Assembly: GCA_027021335.1 (NCBI GenBank)
Contig: JALUUO010000068.1
Coordinates: 2,273 to 66,272 of the forward strand
Direction: 5' to 3'
DNA length: 64,000 nucleotides
From: Nitrospirota bacterium
Lineage (GTDB): Bacteria; Nitrospirota; Thermodesulfovibrionia; SZUA-242
Shown: in pieces, positions 10,846 through 18,880 of the stretch
How the letters are laid out: the number at the start of each line of letters is the position of its first letter
Position numbering within the stretch: position 1 is the first letter of the stretch
Notes under the pieces: model-generated
What the model saw: only the letters and a program-made list of their open reading frames with translations
The model's database searches: none
What the model was told of the DNA's origin: nothing
Program-made: the position numbers and the translations under genes

Positions 10846-11169
10846 TCAACATTTGCATGTGCCGCAACTATTTTCCGCAGACTGACCCCCTAATGGATTT
10901 TCTGAGGTTATTGCAAGCCCTGAACGGTGACCATCATCTACATGATCAATTGTGAGCTTTCCCAGGGAGGTCAACAACTTTTCATCGACCACAAACTTTA
11001 GACTGTCAAACTCAAACACCTTGTCGTTGTTCTTTGGCTCATCCAGAGCCAGGCCCAAAGAGGGGCCGCCTCAGCCACCGGAAAGATACACCCTAAGCGG
11101 TGACGACTGGTTTTGCTCTTTTAGATAGCCGGTCAACATATCCTGTGCTATTTTAGTTACTTCCAGCAT
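10846..11169 (-). CDS. HesB/IscA-like selenoprotein (Sec at codon 33)
   Basis: ATG 11169 with AAGGAG SD; reads MLEVTKIAQ...PLRVYLSGG-TGA-GGPSLGLALDEP..., in frame with the 10846..11058 ORF; C-terminal CGTCKC; 107 aa. Confidence 0.88.
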
Positions 11170-11401
11170 AACATTTTCTCCTTCAAAGAAATATCGTACT
11201 ATTCTACTTACTAGTATCGACCAAAGGGAGACTTTTTTTAACTTAGGGGTTAAAACAGCCTCGTTATCCCTGTGTCAACATGACAGTATGAAAGATAAAA
11301 TCTATCCATGCTATCTATACTAATTATCCGACAGTTATACTCAAACTGTCAAATGAACAAATGAAGAGACTCCGGTATATTAAGGCAGAAAGATTAAAAA
11401 A

Positions 11402-12853
11402 TTAAAAAATAAGTGCAGAGTTCTTTGCCATGGCAAGAAGAGCCTCAGGGTAAACCCCTATCAACAACACTGCCAAAGCTGTTACGGCAAGAACAATTGT
11501 TATGGATACCGGCGCAGTCGACATGGAAGCAGCAGGTATTTCTCCTTCCTCAGGCTCTTCCATATACATAAACTTAACTACGCGCAGGTAAAAATACGCT
11601 GATATCACGCTGAAAAACACGGCAGCCAGCACTACAAAAGTATACCCGGCTTCCACCGCATTCATAAACAGGTAGAATTTACCCATAAAACCGGCTGTAG
11701 GCGGAATACCGGTAAGAGAAAACATGAATATCAGCATTAAAAACGCCGGAACAGGATGGGTTTTGGCCAAACCCTTGAAATTGTCCAGCCGGTCGGATGA
11801 TGCCGGGACTCTGCCCTTGTCAAGAATGATCACGATCGAGAAAGCTCCTATGTTCATAAAAGCGTATATAATAAGATAGTTCATCATAGCACTGATACCG
11901 GCTGATGTTCCGGTAATCAGACCGATCAGGGCATAGCCGGCATGGGCAATGGATGAATATGCCAACATGCGTTTTATGTTTTGCTGGCTCAAGGCTATGA
12001 TATTTCCAACAGCCATGGTAAGTATCGCTATTGGAACAAGTACCGTTGTCCAGTCAGCCTGCAGTGAATGCAGTGCCACCAGAAAAACACGGGCCATAAC
12101 GGCAAAACCGGCAGCTTTCGGCCCCACAGACATAAAGGCGGTCACCGGAGTTGGAGCACCTTCGTAAACATCTGGGGCCCACATATGAAATGGCGCTGCT
12201 GCAACTTTAAAGCCGAACGCCACAACAAACATAAGCAGTGCCATGAATAAAACCGGATTATCTACCAGCCCGCTTTCTGAAATTGCAGATGCCACAAGGT
12301 TTAACCGGGTGATGCCTGTTAAACCATATATCAGAGAGATTCCATACAGCAGAAACGCCGATGAGAATGCGCCAAGCAAAAAATACTTCAGGGCCGATTC
12401 GTTCGATTTTACCTCACCCCTTATAAAGCCTGCCAGCACATAAGTCGACAGCGCCATAAGCTCCAGACCCAGGTAAATCGTTATAAGGTCTGCAGCCGAA
12501 GCCATAATCATCATACCGGCGGTGGATAAAAGAATAAGCGTGTAGTATTCGCCATGTTCTTCGTTTCGCCACCGCAGGTACCTACCGGAAACAAGAATCG
12601 CCATGGCAGCGCTTAGAATAAAAATATACTTAAAAAACGAACTATACGCGTCCACTGAAAACATACCGCCGAATGTAACACCACTGGGTGTGGAGTAAAC
12701 CGTAAATCCCGTTACCATTAAAAGAACAAGGCTTATAAAAGCGGTTGCATTTTTGTTTTTTATAGACAGATCAATTAACAACAACAGAAGCGCACCTAAA
12801 ACCAAAAAGGCTTCCGGCAGCACAGGAGTCAGGTCAGGAAACTGAAAGTTCAT
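11402..12853 (-). CDS. nuoN: NADH-quinone oxidoreductase subunit N
   Basis: ALKYFLLGA, FKVAAAPFHMWAPDVYEGAP, KRMLAYSSIAH. Confidence 0.96.
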   Translation of the reverse strand: MNFQFPDLTPVLPEAFLVLGALLLLLIDLSIKNKNATAFISLVLLMVTGFTVYSTPSGVTFGGMFSVDAYSSFFKYIFILSAAMAILVSGRYLRWRNEEHGEYYTLILLSTAGMMIMASAADLITIYLGLELMALSTYVLAGFIRGEVKSNESALKYFLLGAFSSAFLLYGISLIYGLTGITRLNLVASAISESGLVDNPVLFMALLMFVVAFGFKVAAAPFHMWAPDVYEGAPTPVTAFMSVGPKAAGFAVMARVFLVALHSLQADWTTVLVPIAILTMAVGNIIALSQQNIKRMLAYSSIAHAGYALIGLITGTSAGISAMMNYLIIYAFMNIGAFSIVIILDKGRVPASSDRLDNFKGLAKTHPVPAFLMLIFMFSLTGIPPTAGFMGKFYLFMNAVEAGYTFVVLAAVFFSVISAYFYLRVVKFMYMEEPEEGEIPAASMSTAPVSITIVLAVTALAVLLIGVYPEALLAMAKNSALIF

Positions 12854-12904
12854 TTTTTTATTCTTTATCCTTAATGATTTTCATGGTTAGTTAATTAGTA
12901 GTAA

Positions 12905-14440
12905 TTACCTCTCCAGAAGGAGTTGGGCCAGGCTCATACCCCCGGTTCCATTGCTCACCTGCTCTATAAGATGCTCAACTGAAGCGTGCATAAAACCCAG
13001 AAAAACATTCGGATACAACCCTATCCAGAAAACAAGTACAAACATTGGTATAAGGGTTAATGTCTCGCGCAGGTTTAGATCAACCAGAGCCTTTACATTA
13101 TCTGATAGCTGTTGGAAGAACATACGCCGGTAGAGACCCAACATATAACCGGCGCCCAGTATGACGCCGGTAGCTGCTAAAACGCCAAGAGTTCTGTTTT
13201 TGGTAAAGCCGCCAAGCAGTACAAGAAACTCACCGATAAAACCGTTTGTCGCAGGAAAACCGATTGCCGAAAGCGTAAAAATCAGAAAAAAGACGGCATA
13301 GACGGGAACCTTCTGTGCTATTCCTCCGTAGTAGGCGATCTCGCGGCTGTGAGTACGCTCGTATATTATACCGATCATAAGAAACAGTCCACCGGTCACT
13401 ACGCCGTGGTTGATCATCTGCAGAATTCCGCCTTCAAGCCCATTAGTGTTAAGAGCGAATATTCCCAGGGTGATAAAACCCATGTGGCTTACCGAGCTAT
13501 AGGCGATAAGCCGCTTCATATCGGTCTGTGCAAAGCATATGACGGCGCCATAGATTATGGCCGCAACCGAAAGTACCATCATCGGAACCGCCAGCAACTT
13601 TGTGGCTTCTGGAAAAAATGGAATCGAAAACCTCAAGAAACCGTAAGCTCCCATTTTAATCAAGACTGCGGCCAGAATCACAGAGCCGGCTGCCGGAGCT
13701 TCCGTATGAGCGTCAGGAAGCCAGGTATGCACAGGCAGCATGGGGACCTTTACTGCAAACGCCGCAAAAAACGCAAACCACAAAAGAAGTTGTAACTTCA
13801 AAGGATACGAGCCGCTTAATGACATGAGTTCAGGAATAAAAAAGACTCCGCCTGATTTCAGATATAAGATAATAATACCCACAAGCATAAGAAGACTTCC
13901 GGCCAAGGTGAAAAGAAAGAATTTGATAGTGGCATAGAGTCTGCCAGGGCCGCCCCATATGCCGATAAGAAGGTACATGGGAATCAGCATCGCCTCCCAG
14001 AAGATATAAAAAAGGAAGAAGTCAAGAGCGCAGAAAACTCCTATCATGGCTCCTTCTATAAAAAGAATCGCAACGTAGAACTCTTTAATCTTTGTGGTAA
14101 CCGCGTTCCATGAGACAAGTACGCATAGAATCCCCACAAGAGCTGAAAGCATCACAAATAAGATACTTATTCCATCTATGCCAAGGGCGTAGTTTATATT
14201 CCAGGCCGATATCCAGGCCTTGTACTCGGCAAATTGCCACTTCCAGGTCGTCTTGTCAAAGTTCGTTAAAAGCGGAATGGAAAGGGTAAAGTTCAAAAGA
14301 GTGACTGCAAGAGCCCAGAACTTTATACCCGCATTTGACGCACGCGGCGCCAGCATAAGCAGCACCCCTCCCAGTATCGGAAGAAATATCAGCACTGTTA
14401 GCACCGGGTAAGACAGGCTGTTTAATATAATCGAATTCAC
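12905..14440 (-). CDS. nuoM: NADH-quinone oxidoreductase subunit M
   Basis: FWEAMLIPM, HTWLPDAHTEAP, KRLIAYSSVSHMG. Confidence 0.96.
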   Translation of the reverse strand: MNSIILNSLSYPVLTVLIFLPILGGVLLMLAPRASNAGIKFWALAVTLLNFTLSIPLLTNFDKTTWKWQFAEYKAWISAWNINYALGIDGISILFVMLSALVGILCVLVSWNAVTTKIKEFYVAILFIEGAMIGVFCALDFFLFYIFWEAMLIPMYLLIGIWGGPGRLYATIKFFLFTLAGSLLMLVGIIILYLKSGGVFFIPELMSLSGSYPLKLQLLLWFAFFAAFAVKVPMLPVHTWLPDAHTEAPAAGSVILAAVLIKMGAYGFLRFSIPFFPEATKLLAVPMMVLSVAAIIYGAVICFAQTDMKRLIAYSSVSHMGFITLGIFALNTNGLEGGILQMINHGVVTGGLFLMIGIIYERTHSREIAYYGGIAQKVPVYAVFFLIFTLSAIGFPATNGFIGEFLVLLGGFTKNRTLGVLAATGVILGAGYMLGLYRRMFFQQLSDNVKALVDLNLRETLTLIPMFVLVFWIGLYPNVFLGFMHASVEHLIEQVSNGTGGMSLAQLLLER

Positions 14441-14441
14441 C

Positions 14442-16397
14442 CTAGTTTCCCCCTGCCCATATCAGGGATGCCGCAATCATGATAAAGAATCCGAAAACAA
14501 TCACTGCTGCGTAATGATGAAGCACTCCGCTTTGCGCTTTCCGTATCCACTGGCTGATCCTGCCTATCGATCTTGGTATTCCGTTTACGATCCCCTCGAT
14601 TATTAGTCCGTCGGTTACAGTCACCAGTATGTTTTTAGCCACCCATACAGTGGGGCGGATAATAAGGTAATCGTAAATTTCATCCACATAATATTTATTA
14701 AAAAACAATCTATAGGGCACGCCTGACATTGCTCCGGCCGCCCGCTCCGGCAAGTCGGTCTTTCTGGCGTACATAGCCCAGGCAAGGCCAAGGCCCAAAA
14801 GACCGGCTGCAACTGATATCGCCATGATCATCCATTCTTCGCTGTGGCTGTAATTTCCGTGCTCTGCCGCCACATGCCCGACCACCGGTTTCAAAAACTC
14901 GGCAAAGTGGTTTTCAAATCCCCATAGTGCCGGAAGACCGATCCATCCTGCGCCGACCGCTCCGGCACAAAGCAACATGAGAGGTATGGTCATCGATGCC
15001 GGAGATTCGTGCAGGTGATCTTTCTTCTCCACCTCTCCACGGAATTCGCCGTGGAAAGTACGGAAAATAACCCTGAAAGAATAGAAGGCGGTCAGAAACG
15101 CCACAAGGGTTCCTGTAGCCCAAAGCATCTTTCCGAAGCTTCCGCCCGAGGAGTAGGCCAGCCATAGAATCTCGTCCTTACTGAAAAATCCGGCCAGAGG
15201 TGGCAGACCTGATATACTTAGAGATGCTATCCAAAAGGTTATTGCCGTGATCTTCATATGCTTGAAAAGTCCACCCATGTTTCGGATGTCCTGGTCATGA
15301 ACAGCATGTATTACGCTGCCGGCCCCGAGAAAAAGAAGGGCCTTGAAAAACGCATGAGTATAAAGATGGAAAACTCCTGCGGAATAAGCTCCTACACCGC
15401 AGGCCAGCACCATATAGCCGAGCTGGCTGATAGTGGAGTAGGCTATTACCCGCTTTATATCGTTTTGCACAAGAGCAATCGTCGCTGCAAACAGGGATGT
15501 TAAGGCCCCTGTCACCGCCACAACAGCCATGGCGGCAGGAGATAAGTTGAATATCGCGTTACAGCGGGCCAGAAGGAACACACCTGCCGTCACCATTGTG
15601 GCTGCATGAATAAGAGCGCTGACCGGAGTCGGTCCCTCCATTGCATCAGGAAGCCATACGTGCAGGGGCACCTGGGCGGATTTGCCAACTGCACCGCAAA
15701 ACAGCAGAAGAGCTATCACTGTTGCCAGATCGGTTTCAAGGCCCAGAAGACTTATAGCAGGACTTTGCCAGCCGTCAATGGCGGAAAATACCGTCTGGTA
15801 GTCAAGGCTGCCGAATGTAAGGTAGATAAGAAAAAGCCCGAGTGCAAAGCCAAAATCGCCGAATCTGTTGACGATAAAGGCCTTCATTCCCGCCCTGGCC
15901 GCTGATTCCTTCTGATGATAGAACCCTATCAACAGGTAAGAGCAAAGACCCACCGCCTCCCAACCGAAATAGAGCTGGAGAAAATTATTCGACATAATAA
16001 GCATGAGCATAGAGAAGGTAAAAAGGCTCAGGTATGCATAAAACCTCGAGTACCCCTCTTCGCCGTGCATATAACCCACAGAGTAGAGATGAACAAGGGT
16101 AGACACGGTCGTCACCACTATCAGCATCACCGCTGTTAACTCATCTATACTGAATCCTACGGAAACCCTCAGCCCTCCGGAAGATATCCATGTATAAATA
16201 TCTCCGTAGTACGTATGCCCCTGCATAACCTTAAGAAGCGTCATAACAGAAAGAACCCAGGAGACCGCAACCGCCAATGCGGCAATCCAGTGGGCCTCCT
16301 GCTTAATCCACCTGGCTCCGAAAAGACCGTTGATCAGAAAAGCCAGAAGTGGAAGGCCGGGGATTAACATATGCATGTTTGTTATTTCCATAGTCAT
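14442..16397 (-). CDS. nuoL: NADH-quinone oxidoreductase subunit L
   Basis: GWEAVGLCSY, GKSAQVPLHVWLPDAMEGPTPVSALIHAATMV. Confidence 0.97.
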   Translation of the reverse strand: MTMEITNMHMLIPGLPLLAFLINGLFGARWIKQEAHWIAALAVAVSWVLSVMTLLKVMQGHTYYGDIYTWISSGGLRVSVGFSIDELTAVMLIVVTTVSTLVHLYSVGYMHGEEGYSRFYAYLSLFTFSMLMLIMSNNFLQLYFGWEAVGLCSYLLIGFYHQKESAARAGMKAFIVNRFGDFGFALGLFLIYLTFGSLDYQTVFSAIDGWQSPAISLLGLETDLATVIALLLFCGAVGKSAQVPLHVWLPDAMEGPTPVSALIHAATMVTAGVFLLARCNAIFNLSPAAMAVVAVTGALTSLFAATIALVQNDIKRVIAYSTISQLGYMVLACGVGAYSAGVFHLYTHAFFKALLFLGAGSVIHAVHDQDIRNMGGLFKHMKITAITFWIASLSISGLPPLAGFFSKDEILWLAYSSGGSFGKMLWATGTLVAFLTAFYSFRVIFRTFHGEFRGEVEKKDHLHESPASMTIPLMLLCAGAVGAGWIGLPALWGFENHFAEFLKPVVGHVAAEHGNYSHSEEWMIMAISVAAGLLGLGLAWAMYARKTDLPERAAGAMSGVPYRLFFNKYYVDEIYDYLIIRPTVWVAKNILVTVTDGLIIEGIVNGIPRSIGRISQWIRKAQSGVLHHYAAVIVFGFFIMIAASLIWAGGN

Positions 16398-16696
16398 CCC
16401 TCCATCTCCTTGATTTCATCAACATGCACCGTGGCCCGGTTTCTGAAAAGAGATATTATTATTGCAAGACCTATGGCTGCTTCAGCCGCTGCAACCGCGA
16501 TGATAAAAAAGACCAAAATCTGTCCGCGCATATCTTGAAGGTAGTGGCTCATCGCCACCAGGTTGATGTTTACGGCATTTAGCATCAGTTCTATAGAAAT
16601 AAACATAATAATCACGTTTCGCCTGGCGATAAATCCGAATATTCCTATACAGAAAATAGCTGCCGACAGCATCATATACCATGTAACGGGAATCAT
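16394..16696 (-). CDS. nuoK: NADH-quinone oxidoreductase subunit K
   Basis: IELMLNAVN, VAAAEAAIGLA. Confidence 0.96.
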   Translation of the reverse strand: MIPVTWYMMLSAAIFCIGIFGFIARRNVIIMFISIELMLNAVNINLVAMSHYLQDMRGQILVFFIIAVAAAEAAIGLAIIISLFRNRATVHVDEIKEMEG

Positions 16697-16700
16697 CTTG

Positions 16701-17204
16701 TTATTCCTTCAGCTTTCTTTTAGCAAGAACTATTGCACCAATAATAGCTACAAGCAGAATCACCGACGTAATCTCGAACGGAAACAGATACTCTGTATAC
16801 AACATCCGGCCGATGGCATCCGGCTGACCAAGATCACTGAGCATGACCGGCTCGGAATCTGCGATCTCAAAAGCTTGAAACGTTATTATTACCAGCAGAA
16901 ACAGCCCGGCAACCAAAGACACGGCTATTGACCAGATGTCCGTGTACTGCTCGCCCGCGATCTCTTTCTTTAAGTCAAGAAGCAGAACCACAAACAAAAA
17001 CAGCACAAGAATCGCCCCTGCGTACACTATAACCTGGATTATGGCGATCATTTCCGCATTTAAAAACAGGTACAAACCGGCTATATTGAAGAAAAGAAGC
17101 AGCATCCAAAGCACGCTGTGCACCGGGTTTTTTCTGGTCACCACCAGAACCGAAAGGCCGGTTATCATTGCGGCAAAATAAAAGAAGAACAGTTTAGGAA
17201 GCAA
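16701..17204 (-). CDS. nuoJ: NADH-quinone oxidoreductase subunit J
   Basis: KNPVHS, QVIVYAGAILVLFLFV, PFEITSVILL; probable TTG start at 17204 with a GGAG SD (ORF-track start 17327 overlaps nuoI). Confidence 0.92.
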   Translation of the reverse strand: MLPKLFFFYFAAMITGLSVLVVTRKNPVHSVLWMLLLFFNIAGLYLFLNAEMIAIIQVIVYAGAILVLFLFVVLLLDLKKEIAGEQYTDIWSIAVSLVAGLFLLVIITFQAFEIADSEPVMLSDLGQPDAIGRMLYTEYLFPFEITSVILLVAIIGAIVLAKRKLKE

Positions 17205-17751
17205 TGTTATCTCCACCCTTGAAATTTTTCTTTTTCGGTGTCCAGAAGCGCTCGAAATACCTGCCGCCGTCTTTGCCTGCCATGTATTTGTCCCAGTTTT
17301 CGAGCAGCCGGGGCATATCGTACACAAAATCCTCCCTGCTGAAACCAGAGTATTCGTAATGACCAGTTAAAACCACCGCACCGTATGGACATGCCTCAAC
17401 ACAGAGAGCGCAGTACAAACATCTTAAAACATCTACACGATAACCGGTGACGGTTTTTTTAAAGTCCGCACCTTCGGATGTATGAATATGAATACATTTA
17501 GACGGACACATAGCCGAGCACATACCGCAACCCACGCACTTCATTTTTCCGTTTTCATCCTTGGCAAGCGCATGAAGACCGCGAAAACCCGGCGCCGCCG
17601 GCCTTTTCTCCTTGGGATAGCGACGTGTGACAATGGTTTTATTGGTTTTCTTTTTAAACGGATCAAAAAGACCGCTGATCCAGACCCTCAGTGTAAGGGC
17701 CAGGCCCTGAACAATTTCATAAAGGAATATTTTTTTAAGTAGTGAGATCAT
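17194..17751 (-). CDS. nuoI: NADH-quinone oxidoreductase subunit I
   Basis: FRGLH plus two CxxCxxCxxxCP motifs. Confidence 0.95.
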   Translation of the reverse strand: MISLLKKIFLYEIVQGLALTLRVWISGLFDPFKKKTNKTIVTRRYPKEKRPAAPGFRGLHALAKDENGKMKCVGCGMCSAMCPSKCIHIHTSEGADFKKTVTGYRVDVLRCLYCALCVEACPYGAVVLTGHYEYSGFSREDFVYDMPRLLENWDKYMAGKDGGRYFERFWTPKKKNFKGGDNIAS

Positions 17752-17759
17752 TAAAAACC

Positions 17760-18767
17760 TTAAAAAACAACCTTCCAGAGCCCTGTGAGAATAATATTAG
17801 CCAGCGAAATAGGTATCATAAATTTCCAGCCCAATGCCATGAGTTGATCGTACCGATACCTGGGCAGCGTAGAGCGTACCCAGAAATAGATAAAGAACAA
17901 AACATAAACTTTCACCAGGAACCACCATACCCCCGGAGGAAAAATCCAGCCGAGCCCTGGAACCGGATTCCAGCCGCCCAGAAAACATGCCACGGCCACG
18001 GCCGCCATAATGAACATACCCATGTACTCAGCCATAAAGAAAAGAGCAAAGCGAAAGCCGGAGTACTCAGCAAAGTAGCCAGCAACCAGTTCGCTTTCCG
18101 CCTCCGGAAGATCAAAAGGCGTACGGTTAGTCTCAGCCAAGGCCGCTATACAGAAGATCGCAAAGCCCGGAAATTGAGGCACAGCGTACCAGCCCAAAGG
18201 CCATGCTGACGCCTGTGCTTCGACAATGTCAGAAAGGTTCAGTGAGCCGGAAAGCATAATTACGCCGATCAGGGAAAGTCCCATCGCGACCTCATAACTT
18301 ATTACCTGGGCAGATGAACGCAGGCTGCCCAGAAAAGCATACTTAGAGTTTGACGCCCATCCGGATAGTATTACACCGTAGGCACCAAGCGAAGACATGG
18401 CTAGTATAAACAGAAGCCCTATGTTAAGATCGGCCAATGAGCCTCCCACAGTATAAGCTCCTATCTTAAAGCTGCCAAAAAAGGGCACCACCACTATAGA
18501 GCTCATTGCCCCGAAAAAGCATATCATCGGGGCTATCATAAAGACGTGCCTGTCCGCATTAGCCGGAATAATATCCTCTTTAAACAGGAGTTTTATTCCG
18601 TCGGCTATTGGCTGCAGCAATCCGTGCCACCCGACTTCCATCGGTCCCATACGCACCTGCATATGTCCGATCACCTTGCGTTCGAAATAGCTGGCGTAAG
18701 CTACGTGCAGCAGGGCAATAGAGATCACAACGGCTATCTTGACAAGTATAATGATCAAATTCAGCAT
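17760..18767 (-). CDS. nuoH: NADH-quinone oxidoreductase subunit H
   Basis: ERKVIGHMQVRMGP, GLLQPIADGIK, NRTPFDLPEAESEL, PRYRYDQ. Confidence 0.97.
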   Translation of the reverse strand: MLNLIIILVKIAVVISIALLHVAYASYFERKVIGHMQVRMGPMEVGWHGLLQPIADGIKLLFKEDIIPANADRHVFMIAPMICFFGAMSSIVVVPFFGSFKIGAYTVGGSLADLNIGLLFILAMSSLGAYGVILSGWASNSKYAFLGSLRSSAQVISYEVAMGLSLIGVIMLSGSLNLSDIVEAQASAWPLGWYAVPQFPGFAIFCIAALAETNRTPFDLPEAESELVAGYFAEYSGFRFALFFMAEYMGMFIMAAVAVACFLGGWNPVPGLGWIFPPGVWWFLVKVYVLFFIYFWVRSTLPRYRYDQLMALGWKFMIPISLANIILTGLWKVVF

Positions 18768-18847
18768 AGTATCTATAATCCCGGCGGTTTTTCCCTTGTT
18801 AAAAGTTTTCCTTAAAGTTGCCTAAATCAGACCGATTAAACCAAAAA

Positions 18848-18880
18848 AAATAAAAAACTAAAAACTAAAAACTAAAAAAA
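18848..18880. repeat. A-rich short tandem repeat (AAAAACT x3) between nuoG and nuoH
   Basis: aaaaaactaaaaactaaaaactaaaaaaa. Confidence 0.6.

Noticed and set aside
16701-17327. Cys-rich N-terminal extension of NuoJ (MCTICPGC...) in the ORF track
   Set aside because: It is an alternate frame of the nuoI 3' end; a TTG at 17204 with an SD gives a normal-length NuoJ
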